Part shown: positions 35,398 to 43,883 of the stretch, one piece after another
Position numbering within the stretch: the first letter of the stretch is position 1
Layout of the letters: every line of letters begins with the position of its first letter
From: a virus
Lineage: Duplodnaviria > Heunggongvirae > Uroviricota > Caudoviricetes
Strand: one strand, 5' to 3'
Virus record (IMG/VR): IMGVR_UViG_3300033069_001204
Location: 1-64,000 of that record
DNA length: 64,000 bases
Program-made: the position numbers and the translations under genes
Notes under the pieces: model-generated
The model's input: the letters and a program-made list of their open reading frames with translations, nothing else
What the model was told of the DNA's origin: nothing
Databases searched by the model: none

Positions 35398-36153
35398 ATG
35401 GCGAAGAAGGCATTGGTCAAGAGAGAGGACGCGAAGAGCAACCCTCCAGAGGATCAACCCGTGAAGGATCTCGCAGACGCCCAGGCGGATGAAGCCGCAC
35501 GTGAGGAGTCCGAGAAGGATGACGTAGTCCCCAAAGCCGCAGTGGAGCATGCCGGAGCACATCACAGGCCTCTCGGCAAGTGCCCGCAGTGCAAGCAGTT
35601 CATGCTCAGGCCCCAGCATGGCGACGACTATTGTCCGGCGTGCAATCCCCCAGTCCCCAAAGTCGACATGGTCCCCATTCCAGGCAAGAGGCCGGTCCGC
35701 ATAGAGAATCAGGAGAAGCTGGCCGAGCTCACCAGGCCCAAGGTCATAGAGAGCAAGACAGCAGGCCCATTCACGGCATACCATGGCTTCAATATGTTCC
35801 TGCCGAAAGAGACAAGCCTGGGGACGTGGGCTGTCCGCAGCAGGGAACTGATGGTTGGCGGCTCATGGCACAAAGGAGCCGTGCTTCCAAGGGACACTCA
35901 AGTCCTGGTGAGGACAGGCATAGCATACGATGCGGCATTCAACACGCCATACATCGTAAGAGGCCTGACCACTTTGGATCTGGGAGGCGAACCCTCCTTC
36001 GTATCTACGAAGCATGAAGCCTACTTCAACAGCAACGTAATCGATGTGGATGGCGAGCTGTGTCTGGCATTCCATCTGCATGGCGACAGGGCGCATATCA
36101 AGCCTGGCGACTTCATAGCCGAGCTGCTCCCAGTGGCAATCAACAAGGCCTAA
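35398..36153 (+). CDS. zinc-ribbon + dUTPase-fold (dUTPase / dCTP-deaminase-like) protein
   Basis: 251 aa. CPQC...CPAC zinc ribbon. C-terminal SNVIDVDGELCLAF and IKPGDFIAELL resemble dUTPase motifs III and IV (GxIDxDYRGe, GDRIAQL). Motifs I and II are not clear. Confidence 0.4.
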   Translation: MAKKALVKREDAKSNPPEDQPVKDLADAQADEAAREESEKDDVVPKAAVEHAGAHHRPLGKCPQCKQFMLRPQHGDDYCPACNPPVPKVDMVPIPGKRPVRIENQEKLAELTRPKVIESKTAGPFTAYHGFNMFLPKETSLGTWAVRSRELMVGGSWHKGAVLPRDTQVLVRTGIAYDAAFNTPYIVRGLTTLDLGGEPSFVSTKHEAYFNSNVIDVDGELCLAFHLHGDRAHIKPGDFIAELLPVAINKA

Positions 36154-36157
36154 GACA

Positions 36158-36487
36158 ATGAGAACCCCAATAGAGTGTAGGAACGATGTGGATCTCGCAG
36201 GCAATCCCACGGGCGGCTTCGCCAGGGGGACGGGCTTCGATATCTCATGGCAGAATGGCCCATTGGGGCGAGGGGAGGAACGGAAGGAACCTAACGGGGC
36301 CTTCGTGGAGAACATCATAGCGGCGGCCCTCCAACGTCTGGAGTTCTATCAGACGGCCAGCTTCGGAAGATTCAAATGCAGGGAGAATGCAATTGCAATC
36401 ACGAAGCTGGAGGAGGCGCTCCTATGGTTGGATAAACGGACTCGCGACCGCGAAGAACGACAAGTAGAAGGGACCCACAAGGTCTAA
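36158..36487 (+). CDS. conserved phage protein of unknown function
   Basis: 109 aa. GTGFDISWQNGPLGRGEE...PNGAFVENIIAAALQRLEFYQ...CRENAIAITKLEEALLWLDKRTRDREERQVEGT resembles a family widespread in phages. Recalled from memory, not searched. Confidence 0.5.
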   Translation: MRTPIECRNDVDLAGNPTGGFARGTGFDISWQNGPLGRGEERKEPNGAFVENIIAAALQRLEFYQTASFGRFKCRENAIAITKLEEALLWLDKRTRDREERQVEGTHKV

Positions 36488-36505
36488 TAACCAAAGGAGA
36501 GCATT

Positions 36506-36889
36506 ATGTCCACGAAGACAAACGCCGTCGAGCTGGTCAGAGTCCAGGCTCGCTACGCCAGCAACGACCCAACCTACATCAGCTATGCCAGCGGCACGTA
36601 TGATGCCAACATGAAGTCAGTCATGGAGGCCGCAGGCTTCCCGGCCATCGTGAACATCGGTTCCATCTATGGAATCAATGACGATAGCCTCACAGTCATT
36701 CCCGGCAAGATGGCGGAGTCCAACAACGACTATGCCCAGGGCTTGTATTTCGACGTGGCCACAGAGGCCGCCATGCTCGCATTGAGCACGGCCAGGGTCG
36801 GAGCCCGCTGCGCCAGGACGGATGTCGACAAGGTCTTCGTCCTCAGCGCATTGCCAGCCAGCACCCTAGGCAACTGGTCGGAGGAGTAG
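36506..36889 (+). CDS. hypothetical protein (SD aaaggagag)
   Basis: 127-aa ORF with a strong RBS. Confidence 0.5.
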   Translation: MSTKTNAVELVRVQARYASNDPTYISYASGTYDANMKSVMEAAGFPAIVNIGSIYGINDDSLTVIPGKMAESNNDYAQGLYFDVATEAAMLALSTARVGARCARTDVDKVFVLSALPASTLGNWSEE

Positions 36890-36893
36890 TCCC

Positions 36894-37028
36894 ATGCCTG
36901 CCAACATAGTCAAGACCCGCAAGGATGAAAGGCTGTGGAGGCGGGCCAAAGCCCTTGCCAGGCGACAGGGAAAGGCTGGGGACTTCGCCTACGTGACCGG
37001 CATCTTTGAGAAGCTGAAAGGAAAATAA
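36894..37028 (+). CDS. small basic protein (44 aa, MPANIVKTRKDERLWRRAKALARRQGKAGDFAYVTGIFEKLKGK)
   Basis: Hand-translated from the ATG at 36894. SD gaggag lies 9 nt upstream. A terminator-like hairpin lies downstream. Confidence 0.35.
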   Translation: MPANIVKTRKDERLWRRAKALARRQGKAGDFAYVTGIFEKLKGK

Positions 37029-37055
37029 TCAGGAAATTTTCAGGGTTTCAGCGAA

Positions 37056-37095
37056 TGCCCGGATCTCTGACGAAGGGGTCCGGGTATTTTATTTA
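37056..37095 (+). terminator. possible rho-independent terminator (cccgga / tccggg stem + tattttatttat)
   Basis: 6-bp GC stem with a long 15-nt loop, then a T-rich tract. Weaker than the others. Confidence 0.4.
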
Positions 37096-37118
37096 TAGCA
37101 AGTTCAAGGAGGAGAACA

Positions 37119-38360
37119 ATGGAACGCATTCTAATCATTGCCTATCGACGGGAGCCGGCCAGCGTCTTCGGCGCGCTCTATCTTCCCAACCTTCTATGGC
37201 GTCTCGATAAGGTCAGGAAGGAGGCCGGAGGAGTCAGCGTGTGGGAAGGCGACATGCGGAAGTATGCCATCGATACAGTCCTGATAGATCCCAAGGATGG
37301 CAGTATCAGAGAAGACATGTTCAAGGAATATCTCCACAAGAATCCCGTGGATATCGTGGTCTCCATCAACCTTCCCAGATTCTGTTTCGGTCCGGAGTTC
37401 GGCAGGGTTCCGACATTCATCACGTGGGTCCAGGACTGGTGCTCCTGGATGACGCAAGAGAATGCCGGGAAGTGGAAGGAGATGATCCACTTCGGATACA
37501 ATGATTGGATGCTGGGACATGTTGGCAACTGTCCGATGTTCGCCCAGGAGCGTCTTATCGAGTGCCCATTCTTGATGCCTCATCCCATGGACATGCCTGA
37601 TAGGATAGAGGAGACGCTGGACATCGTGGCTCCAATGAACAAGGGCGGAGGCTGGGAGCAGTGGTGGGACGGCGACAGCTGCCAGAACTTCTTGAAAGAT
37701 AGGAAGGCCGACGTCCAGATAGGCAAGATGCTCATGAACCAGGTTGAGATGCTCGTATCCTCTGGGCAGGGTGGAATGGGGGGTTGGCAGGAGAAGATGC
37801 TGGAGACGCTTGGCGAGCCTTTGAATAGGTGGCTGAAGTCCCTGGGCGACAACCGGGACTTGTTCCAGAATGTCATATTGGAGAACGGCATATTGTCCTC
37901 CATGCTGAGGGGAGCCGCTGTGGAGAGGATGCTCAAGGCGGCCTCAAGGGGGGACATGTCCTTCTTCGTGGCGGGATTCGGATGGCCTCCGGAAATCGGA
38001 GGGGAATTCATAAGCCCGCAGAACCTCATGGCATTCATGAAGTCAGGACGATACGTCCTGCATGTGTCCAATATATGGAGATCCCATCACCGAATCGACC
38101 TTGCCCAGATGTTGGGGAGGACCCCGCTCGTCCTATCCATCTGCAACACCAATGCAACATATCGCGATCCCATGAAGTATTTCGATGCGCAGCAGGATCT
38201 TCTAAGGGCAATCATGCACTGGTGTCCGAAGGGGGAGAGACCCATATATAAAGAATACCGCTCCATTGATTTGGGACTCCCGGCGACAATAACGCTTGAC
38301 GGCCTTGAGAACTTCATGGACTGGCAGGCCCAATACGGAGAACGCGTATGCGAACTCTAA
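37119..38360 (+). CDS. Trp-rich hypothetical protein, possibly a degenerate GT-B-like fold
   Basis: 413 aa. N-terminal ILIIAYRREPASVFGALYLPNL (Rossmann-like beta-alpha) and C-terminal FFVAGFGWPPE...RIDLAQMLGRTPLVL are faintly GT-B-like. Confidence 0.4.
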   Translation: MERILIIAYRREPASVFGALYLPNLLWRLDKVRKEAGGVSVWEGDMRKYAIDTVLIDPKDGSIREDMFKEYLHKNPVDIVVSINLPRFCFGPEFGRVPTFITWVQDWCSWMTQENAGKWKEMIHFGYNDWMLGHVGNCPMFAQERLIECPFLMPHPMDMPDRIEETLDIVAPMNKGGGWEQWWDGDSCQNFLKDRKADVQIGKMLMNQVEMLVSSGQGGMGGWQEKMLETLGEPLNRWLKSLGDNRDLFQNVILENGILSSMLRGAAVERMLKAASRGDMSFFVAGFGWPPEIGGEFISPQNLMAFMKSGRYVLHVSNIWRSHHRIDLAQMLGRTPLVLSICNTNATYRDPMKYFDAQQDLLRAIMHWCPKGERPIYKEYRSIDLGLPATITLDGLENFMDWQAQYGERVCEL

Positions 38361-38764
38361 TAACCATTATGGTTCTGCTGTCATGCATTGCCGCCATGGC
38401 ATGGTATCGCAGCTCTCCGGGGACTCGGGTCATAAAGGTCGGCAGGGAGATATACACCGATGCCAGATTCGATCTCACTACGGCAGGGCTCGGCGTCGAG
38501 AATGCCAAGGGCTGGTGGCCCATTAAGAACCCCATGCTGCTCCCCAAGGAGGACATCTTCATGTTCCTGCCAATGGACTTCACGGACGCCAAGGGCAGGT
38601 TCCACAAGTGCTGCCAGGTCTCCAGGATTGGATTCTATGAGGTGGAGTTCACATCCGTCGGCGCGATGCATGCCCGGTCATTCAAGCTGGGCGTCATGGA
38701 TCTCCCCAAGAGGATGCGGGATGGCTTCGGGCTCTTCGATAATCCATATACGGTGAAATGGTGA
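38348..38764 (+). CDS. secreted or membrane-anchored hypothetical protein (N-terminal signal/TM)
   Basis: 138 aa. LITIMVLLSCIAAMAW is a hydrophobic N-terminus. Confidence 0.45.
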   Translation: MRTLITIMVLLSCIAAMAWYRSSPGTRVIKVGREIYTDARFDLTTAGLGVENAKGWWPIKNPMLLPKEDIFMFLPMDFTDAKGRFHKCCQVSRIGFYEVEFTSVGAMHARSFKLGVMDLPKRMRDGFGLFDNPYTVKW

Positions 38765-39159
38765 ACTACGAACTGGAATGCAATCGCAGATGGGATCTGG
38801 GAACCCGGCTCATTCAGGGCGGAGGCCCGGCCATGCCGACAAAGCTGTGGTCTTCAGAGTTCAACATGGTCTATCTGGTCATTCTCAATCAGATGTTCGA
38901 AGATCGGGATCGCTGGGACTACTCCAACGGAATGTTCAAGGTGGGAATTCCATGCTTGTTCTGCTCTTCGGATATCCCCATGCATCTCAAGATAGACGCG
39001 AAGAAGGGCCTAGTGGTGGAATACGCGTGCCAGGAATGTGGAGGGGTCCAGGGAGAGGGCGAGATATCCGGAGGCTGGGGAGACTATGCATTATCGGCCG
39101 GACACTATACGCGGGCGTTCTTCAGGGGGAAGGCGATAGCCCAGCATCCATCGATCTGA
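38758..39159 (+). CDS. hypothetical Cys-containing protein
   Basis: 133 aa. Last gene of the rightward block; convergent overlap with 39122..39661. Confidence 0.4.
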   Translation: MVNYELECNRRWDLGTRLIQGGGPAMPTKLWSSEFNMVYLVILNQMFEDRDRWDYSNGMFKVGIPCLFCSSDIPMHLKIDAKKGLVVEYACQECGGVQGEGEISGGWGDYALSAGHYTRAFFRGKAIAQHPSI

Positions 39160-39661
39160 ATATTCTTTCCTGGGCCAGAGCCAATTGATGGGCCTCTTCA
39201 TATCCCAGGCCGGGCCTCGTCAGAAGATACAGGACCTCCATGATCTCATGGAACGCCTTATACTTCCGCTGGCATGGAGCCAGGTTGGCATCAATCCAAA
39301 TCTGGAATTCAGGACAATAGGCATTGTGTCTAAGATAGTTAGCCCCCTCCGCGAAGTCCATATCATGGAGCAGCTTGACCTTGCCGCCATCAACCAGGCC
39401 TACCATATGGGGCTTTCCGAGAAGGGTGAAGTCCATTCTGGACGTGCCCGGATCGTCGAAGCTCCTCACACGCTCCACGATCTTCGGAGCTATTGGATTC
39501 CCAAATCCTTGGAAAGCTGTGCTAACATCCCCTGGACGGAACGACCCCGTTGCGACCTGCGGGGAGGGAGAAGATCCAGGGGATGTTAGCGCAACATTCA
39601 TAGCTGTCCTCCAATAGAAGTCTTGATGCCAAAGAAGGTGAGCACGGCTCCAGCCACCCAC
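39122..39661 (-). CDS. hypothetical protein
   Basis: 179-aa ORF; the probable start is the internal MNVALTSP. Confidence 0.4.
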   Translation of the reverse strand: MGGWSRAHLLWHQDFYWRTAMNVALTSPGSSPSPQVATGSFRPGDVSTAFQGFGNPIAPKIVERVRSFDDPGTSRMDFTLLGKPHMVGLVDGGKVKLLHDMDFAEGANYLRHNAYCPEFQIWIDANLAPCQRKYKAFHEIMEVLYLLTRPGLGYEEAHQLALAQERIFRSMDAGLSPSP

Positions 39662-40017
39662 AAAGCCACCTTCAGCACTATTTTCCAGTCCATGTCCATC
39701 CTTGGGACATTGATCACCATTGCCGGACCCTGGCTTTGCTTCTTCTCGTTCGTGACTCCGCAGTCAAGATCATTGATGCGATCCCTGCGGCAGGCATGGA
39801 ATTCATCTGCGAGGGCTTTCATGTTGCCATCAAGGCTCAGGATGCTGTCGTTGATCTTCTTGAATTCGGCCTTGCCCTCTGTAAGCTGGCTGCCGTGTTC
39901 AATTATCAATTTCGAAAATGGACTGACCACATCGTCGAGCATTCTTATCTTGGCTGATAACTCGCCAAGGAAGAACTCTTGAGTCTTGGTGATATCCCTG
40001 GGCTCTCTATCTGGCAT
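39598..40017 (-). CDS. C-terminally membrane-anchored protein (holin- or spanin-like candidate)
   Basis: 139 aa. Soluble, partly coiled N-terminus and a C-terminal TM helix IVLKVALWVAGAVLTFFGI. Confidence 0.4.
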   Translation of the reverse strand: MPDREPRDITKTQEFFLGELSAKIRMLDDVVSPFSKLIIEHGSQLTEGKAEFKKINDSILSLDGNMKALADEFHACRRDRINDLDCGVTNEKKQSQGPAMVINVPRMDMDWKIVLKVALWVAGAVLTFFGIKTSIGGQL

Positions 40018-40087
40018 GGCTTCCCTCGTGGTGTGTTTTGGGTCCCCATATCATTATACCCCCGACAAGGTCATTTTTCAATTCGAA

Positions 40088-40948
40088 TCACGTGCTGGAT
40101 AGGAATCCCATCAAAGCCTTATCGAAGGACGGCTGGGCCTGCACAGCCAGCGTGGCCACCTCCTGAAGTATGGAGGTGTCATCCATTTCCCATTTGGGGC
40201 TGAGCTCGACCTCATCCCAACGCGTATACTTGCGGAGCGGGAGCTGCGACGCTATGAAATCCATTCCCTTGACGGAGCCGCCATCCAGCATATACTCAAT
40301 GAGAGGCTTCGCCCATCGGATTAGCGACCATGAATTGGCTCCAGACACATCCATCGTATCGTCCTTGACGTGCCCGGTCCCAACGCTGAATACCGCGATG
40401 TCCTTCATTTCCATGCTGAATGTCTTGGAGAGCCCGGCAGCCAGGACCGCCGAAGGACAGTTGGCCCACAGGCCGCCATCGGCGTAGCCATTGCATATTG
40501 GGAAATAGGTGGGAGCGCTGACGCTATATAGGATGGCATCGCGAATTAGGACGTCGCCATCCTGGTCGCCTGTGGACGAGAATACTTTGGGTTTCTTATT
40601 GGCGAGATCGGAGGCCGTTATGTAGAGCGGCTTCTGGACATGCTTCATTGGCATGTCGCCGAATACTTTGACCAGGAACTTGATCAAGGCATCATTGGGA
40701 TACTTTGAGCAGCATGGATTCATATTGCGATACCATGGAGCGTGGAATATGTCTGGCAGATAGTCCATGAGGAGGGCCGGCAGCTTGGCAGGGTCCTCGC
40801 CTATGGCATAGTATGCCGCTATGGGAGCGAATATGGAAGTGGCCCCGAAGGCATCGAATATTGAATATGGACTGTAATTTGCAAAGGCAATGGCAGGGAT
40901 CAGTCCGAAGATCCCGCCTCCGTCTCCAGCTAACGCCCGTTTGATCAT
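40088..40948 (-). CDS. patatin-like phospholipase with a non-canonical nucleophile elbow
   Basis: 286 aa. GDGGGIFGLIPA matches the patatin DGGGIRG oxyanion motif. YADGGLWANCP matches the catalytic Asp motif DGGxxxNNP. The expected GxSxG instead reads FGATSIF. Confidence 0.65.
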   Translation of the reverse strand: MIKRALAGDGGGIFGLIPAIAFANYSPYSIFDAFGATSIFAPIAAYYAIGEDPAKLPALLMDYLPDIFHAPWYRNMNPCCSKYPNDALIKFLVKVFGDMPMKHVQKPLYITASDLANKKPKVFSSTGDQDGDVLIRDAILYSVSAPTYFPICNGYADGGLWANCPSAVLAAGLSKTFSMEMKDIAVFSVGTGHVKDDTMDVSGANSWSLIRWAKPLIEYMLDGGSVKGMDFIASQLPLRKYTRWDEVELSPKWEMDDTSILQEVATLAVQAQPSFDKALMGFLSST

Positions 40949-41205
40949 TTTGGAATTCCTTTGGTGTGTTTGAATGACAGCCCTGTGAGGGATTCAACGT
41001 CCTCAATTGGCCGCCTGTATTCATCAGTCTTGTGGTTCTGGCCTGCTGAATTGGGGAAAATCCAGGCTCTAGGCTCCTTATCCGGACAATAGGCCAGCTT
41101 GAAGAATGCCTCCGGGACATCAACTTGATTGTCCAATGAACGGCTCCCTGGCGAATAGATGGGTCCGCAGACTATGACCATCCAATAAGGCTTGGCGTGC
41201 CCCAT
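40945..41205 (-). CDS. hypothetical protein
   Basis: 86-aa ORF with a weak SD (aagagg). Confidence 0.35.
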   Translation of the reverse strand: MGHAKPYWMVIVCGPIYSPGSRSLDNQVDVPEAFFKLAYCPDKEPRAWIFPNSAGQNHKTDEYRRPIEDVESLTGLSFKHTKGIPK

Positions 41206-41252
41206 TGCCTCTTTATAGAGCTCGCCCTCAAGCTCTTTCCAATCTCCCCGGT

Positions 41253-41618
41253 TCAGGCTGGGCTCCTGCGGACAGCAGTTCGTTGTGTGGAATGTGGAGA
41301 GCAGGATATCCCTGCTGCTGGCATAGAGGGCAGGGAACTATGGCCCAAGTCTTCCTTGGAGCCTGAGTATGGCCTGGCGGTAGGGCTGCCTGATACTTCG
41401 GGATCATGCTTGAAGACGAGCCCTTCCCTGCTTGGGGATTGCGGCTGCCCGGCATGGATTACGCCTACGACATAGCGAGGCGTCCCCCTGGAAGGATCGA
41501 AGCTGGCCGCGAACGCTCCATATTCCTTTATGGAGTCCTGGGGCATGAAGTCCCTGAGCTCCTGGGCTCCAGCGGCCCAGGATATCAGGACGCATAGGAT
41601 GGATAGAAAGAACTTCAT
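41253..41618 (-). CDS. putative secreted protein (signal peptide MKFFLSILCVLISWAAGAQE); C-terminal part doubtful, possibly frameshifted
   Basis: The N-terminal 70 aa look protein-like. The remainder is Pro/Ser-rich, and several ORFs in all frames overlap 41197-41620. Confidence 0.35.
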   Translation of the reverse strand: MKFFLSILCVLISWAAGAQELRDFMPQDSIKEYGAFAASFDPSRGTPRYVVGVIHAGQPQSPSREGLVFKHDPEVSGSPTARPYSGSKEDLGHSSLPSMPAAGISCSPHSTQRTAVRRSPA

Positions 41619-42028
41619 TTCGTCCCAGAGTCTACGGTGGTGTCAGCTGATATATTAACCGTATTTGATCCGCTGACTACTTTCAGGCCGGGCAGGTCAA
41701 TTACTGTATTTGGAGGAACAGTTACGCTGCCTTTTACGCCCGAGCCTATGTAGACGTATGTGGTGGTCTTGGCTTCGGCATTGAAGGTCGCGGAGGTCTG
41801 CTTGTAATAGACCAGCTCCGGAGCGTCCTTGGGATGATCCAAGAATAGAAGATTGAACATGCCAAGCCACACAGATGGAGCCGGGGTTCCGGACGACACA
41901 TCAGCCACTGTGGAGGCTTTGATGCCTACGCCATCGCCTTCTATAATAACATCCTTCTCTTTTAGCTCGGCGCAGCCCAGCAATAGGGCAGACAGCATTG
42001 CGGCCAACAGAACTAGCATCGTTTTCAT
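41615..42028 (-). CDS. lipoprotein (lipobox LLGC)
   Basis: Start adjusted to MKTMLVLLAAMLSALLLGCAE with SD aaggag. The mature part is a Thr/Val-rich beta protein. Confidence 0.6.
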   Translation of the reverse strand: MKTMLVLLAAMLSALLLGCAELKEKDVIIEGDGVGIKASTVADVSSGTPAPSVWLGMFNLLFLDHPKDAPELVYYKQTSATFNAEAKTTTYVYIGSGVKGSVTVPPNTVIDLPGLKVVSGSNTVNISADTTVDSGTK

Positions 42029-42039
42029 CTTCGATCTCC

Positions 42040-42441
42040 TTAAGCTAATATTTGATTTTTGCGTTCTTCTGTAATGACTCCAGCGGAGACTAGATACGCC
42101 ATCGCCATCAGACATTCCTCGGAGTCAGGCCGCACGACTTGGTAAAGCTGCATGTCGCGGACAAACTCCTGGATGATGGCGTCCGTGGATGAGACTAGCG
42201 CGGCCTTTTCTAGCGATGTGAGCTTTTGATAGAACTCGTATGGCGTCCAAGTCCGCTCTGGCGTCCTGTCTAGCGGAGCCTCGGCAGCATCGAAAACCGA
42301 CTGCGCCGCCGTCTTCTGGTCATCCGTAGCGCCTTCTGGAAACGCTAGGCTCCATGTGCTTTTATCGTCTGGTTTGCCAACTGTGAGCATGAATCCCTGG
42401 CAAGCCGCTTCGAGCTTCTGAATTAGCAAATAGTATTTCAT
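42040..42441 (-). CDS. hypothetical protein (possible tail-fibre assembly or chaperone)
   Basis: 133 aa. Lies immediately downstream of the tail-fibre genes. Confidence 0.4.
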   Translation of the reverse strand: MKYYLLIQKLEAACQGFMLTVGKPDDKSTWSLAFPEGATDDQKTAAQSVFDAAEAPLDRTPERTWTPYEFYQKLTSLEKAALVSSTDAIIQEFVRDMQLYQVVRPDSEECLMAMAYLVSAGVITEERKNQILA

Positions 42442-42450
42442 ATCTTCCTC

Positions 42451-43431
42451 CTAAAACCACCATGATATAGTCATTCCAGACCACGGAACAGACTCACCAC
42501 CATCGCCATACCATGTCGTCGTTCCTGAAGCGGCCGACTTCTCAACCTCTGCGAAATAATGATATCCCGCTGCAGGCATCCCTTTATATGATGCTGGAAT
42601 GCCGGCATAGGGCGTTGTTTCATTGGTCGATCCTTTTATAGAAGACGTGCTGGCGTTGTTAGTCACATCATATCCTATTCCATTTTGCCTCTGCACTCCC
42701 GATGTCGAATTAGCGGAAATGGCTACGGCTTCTATCGTTATGGATTCACGCCCTATTCCGTTCACGAAATCGAACTTATTTGATGTGCTGTTGTTCTTCT
42801 GCCTCCAGGTATTAGTGGTGTATGTCCAGGAATCAGTGGAATCAAAGCAAGAGAACGTGGCCATAATCCTGTTTCGATAATTCCATAAAAGACAGCGAGG
42901 ATAGCTGCCTCCGCTTGCTGCGGTCTTTCCAAAAGAGACTTCGCATTTGCCTGTTGTTCCGGTTGTGCGGATAGTCCCTAAATAGTTATAGTTCGTGGCT
43001 CCGGTAAGCACGTGGACGCCATCTTGCACATACAACGCCGTTGCTCTAGATGTTGCGGAAGCCCATGCGACGGCATATAGAGCGAATGTCCCGGAACTGT
43101 CGTATATGAAAATATCATAATTAGTATCGGCTGTCAGTACCGATATGTCTAAAGATACTTCACTGAAAGTCCTCAAAGACCATGACGATCCATCATAATA
43201 TGCAATTCGCGATCCGGTGTATGGAGTGAAGTAAAGCGTCGAGGCTGCCGTGGTGTCTGTTGGAGGAAATGGATTGCCGGATACGAGCGTCAATCGGCCA
43301 TTGTTGATGCTGTAATCTGGAACATAGACGCCATCTATGCTCGCCCAAGCCGCATTGTGGCGGACATACACGTCGCCATCGCTGGGGGCATCAGCCATAA
43401 ACATTGTGGTGCTTATCGCGCTATTTGCCAT
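42451..43431 (-). CDS. tail fibre / receptor-binding protein
   Basis: 326 aa. Ser/Thr/Gly/Asn/Tyr-rich beta-rich composition typical of fibre distal domains. Confidence 0.55.
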   Translation of the reverse strand: MANSAISTTMFMADAPSDGDVYVRHNAAWASIDGVYVPDYSINNGRLTLVSGNPFPPTDTTAASTLYFTPYTGSRIAYYDGSSWSLRTFSEVSLDISVLTADTNYDIFIYDSSGTFALYAVAWASATSRATALYVQDGVHVLTGATNYNYLGTIRTTGTTGKCEVSFGKTAASGGSYPRCLLWNYRNRIMATFSCFDSTDSWTYTTNTWRQKNNSTSNKFDFVNGIGRESITIEAVAISANSTSGVQRQNGIGYDVTNNASTSSIKGSTNETTPYAGIPASYKGMPAAGYHYFAEVEKSAASGTTTWYGDGGESVPWSGMTISWWF

Positions 43432-43447
43432 AACAGGTCTCCGTTGA

Positions 43448-43882
43448 TTACTCGTCTATCATTTCTTGGACTGGATATGGTATATCGCCGTGGCCGGAAA
43501 AATCCAGACTGATAGAGTCTCCGGATGCTAGCGCTTTCTTTCGAATGTTGTAGTCGCTCCACAGCTCCTGCCACCAATTCTTATTAGCCGTGGCTTTGAC
43601 ATAGGTGACTCCGGCAACGCTCCCCAACATAAGCTTTCCTATTGTGGCGGAGACTCCATTTGCGTCCAAACGTTCATTTTGATAATTTGTGCATGCTTGC
43701 CAAAGCATATCCACAGTAACAATTTTTGCCTCATCTAAAGGCGTGTTGCCCTCAGTTAGCCATGCTTGGTATTCCTGCCAGGCTTCGCTATTTGATTCGG
43801 CAGGAATGAATGTGCGATATTCTCCATCATCGAAACGAAGAACACCATTTCCAATTTGAGGAATCTTATATAATGTTGACAT
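43448..43882 (-). CDS. hypothetical tail-associated protein
   Basis: 144-aa ORF between the two fibre genes. Confidence 0.4.
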   Translation of the reverse strand: MSTLYKIPQIGNGVLRFDDGEYRTFIPAESNSEAWQEYQAWLTEGNTPLDEAKIVTVDMLWQACTNYQNERLDANGVSATIGKLMLGSVAGVTYVKATANKNWWQELWSDYNIRKKALASGDSISLDFSGHGDIPYPVQEMIDE

Positions 43883-43883
43883 G

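Noticed and set aside
40030-40110. tRNA-like T-loop sequence (ttcgaatc), and tRNA genes in general
   Set aside because: No flanking acceptor-stem complementarity or anticodon-arm structure could be built here. No convincing tRNA found anywhere in the window by eye.
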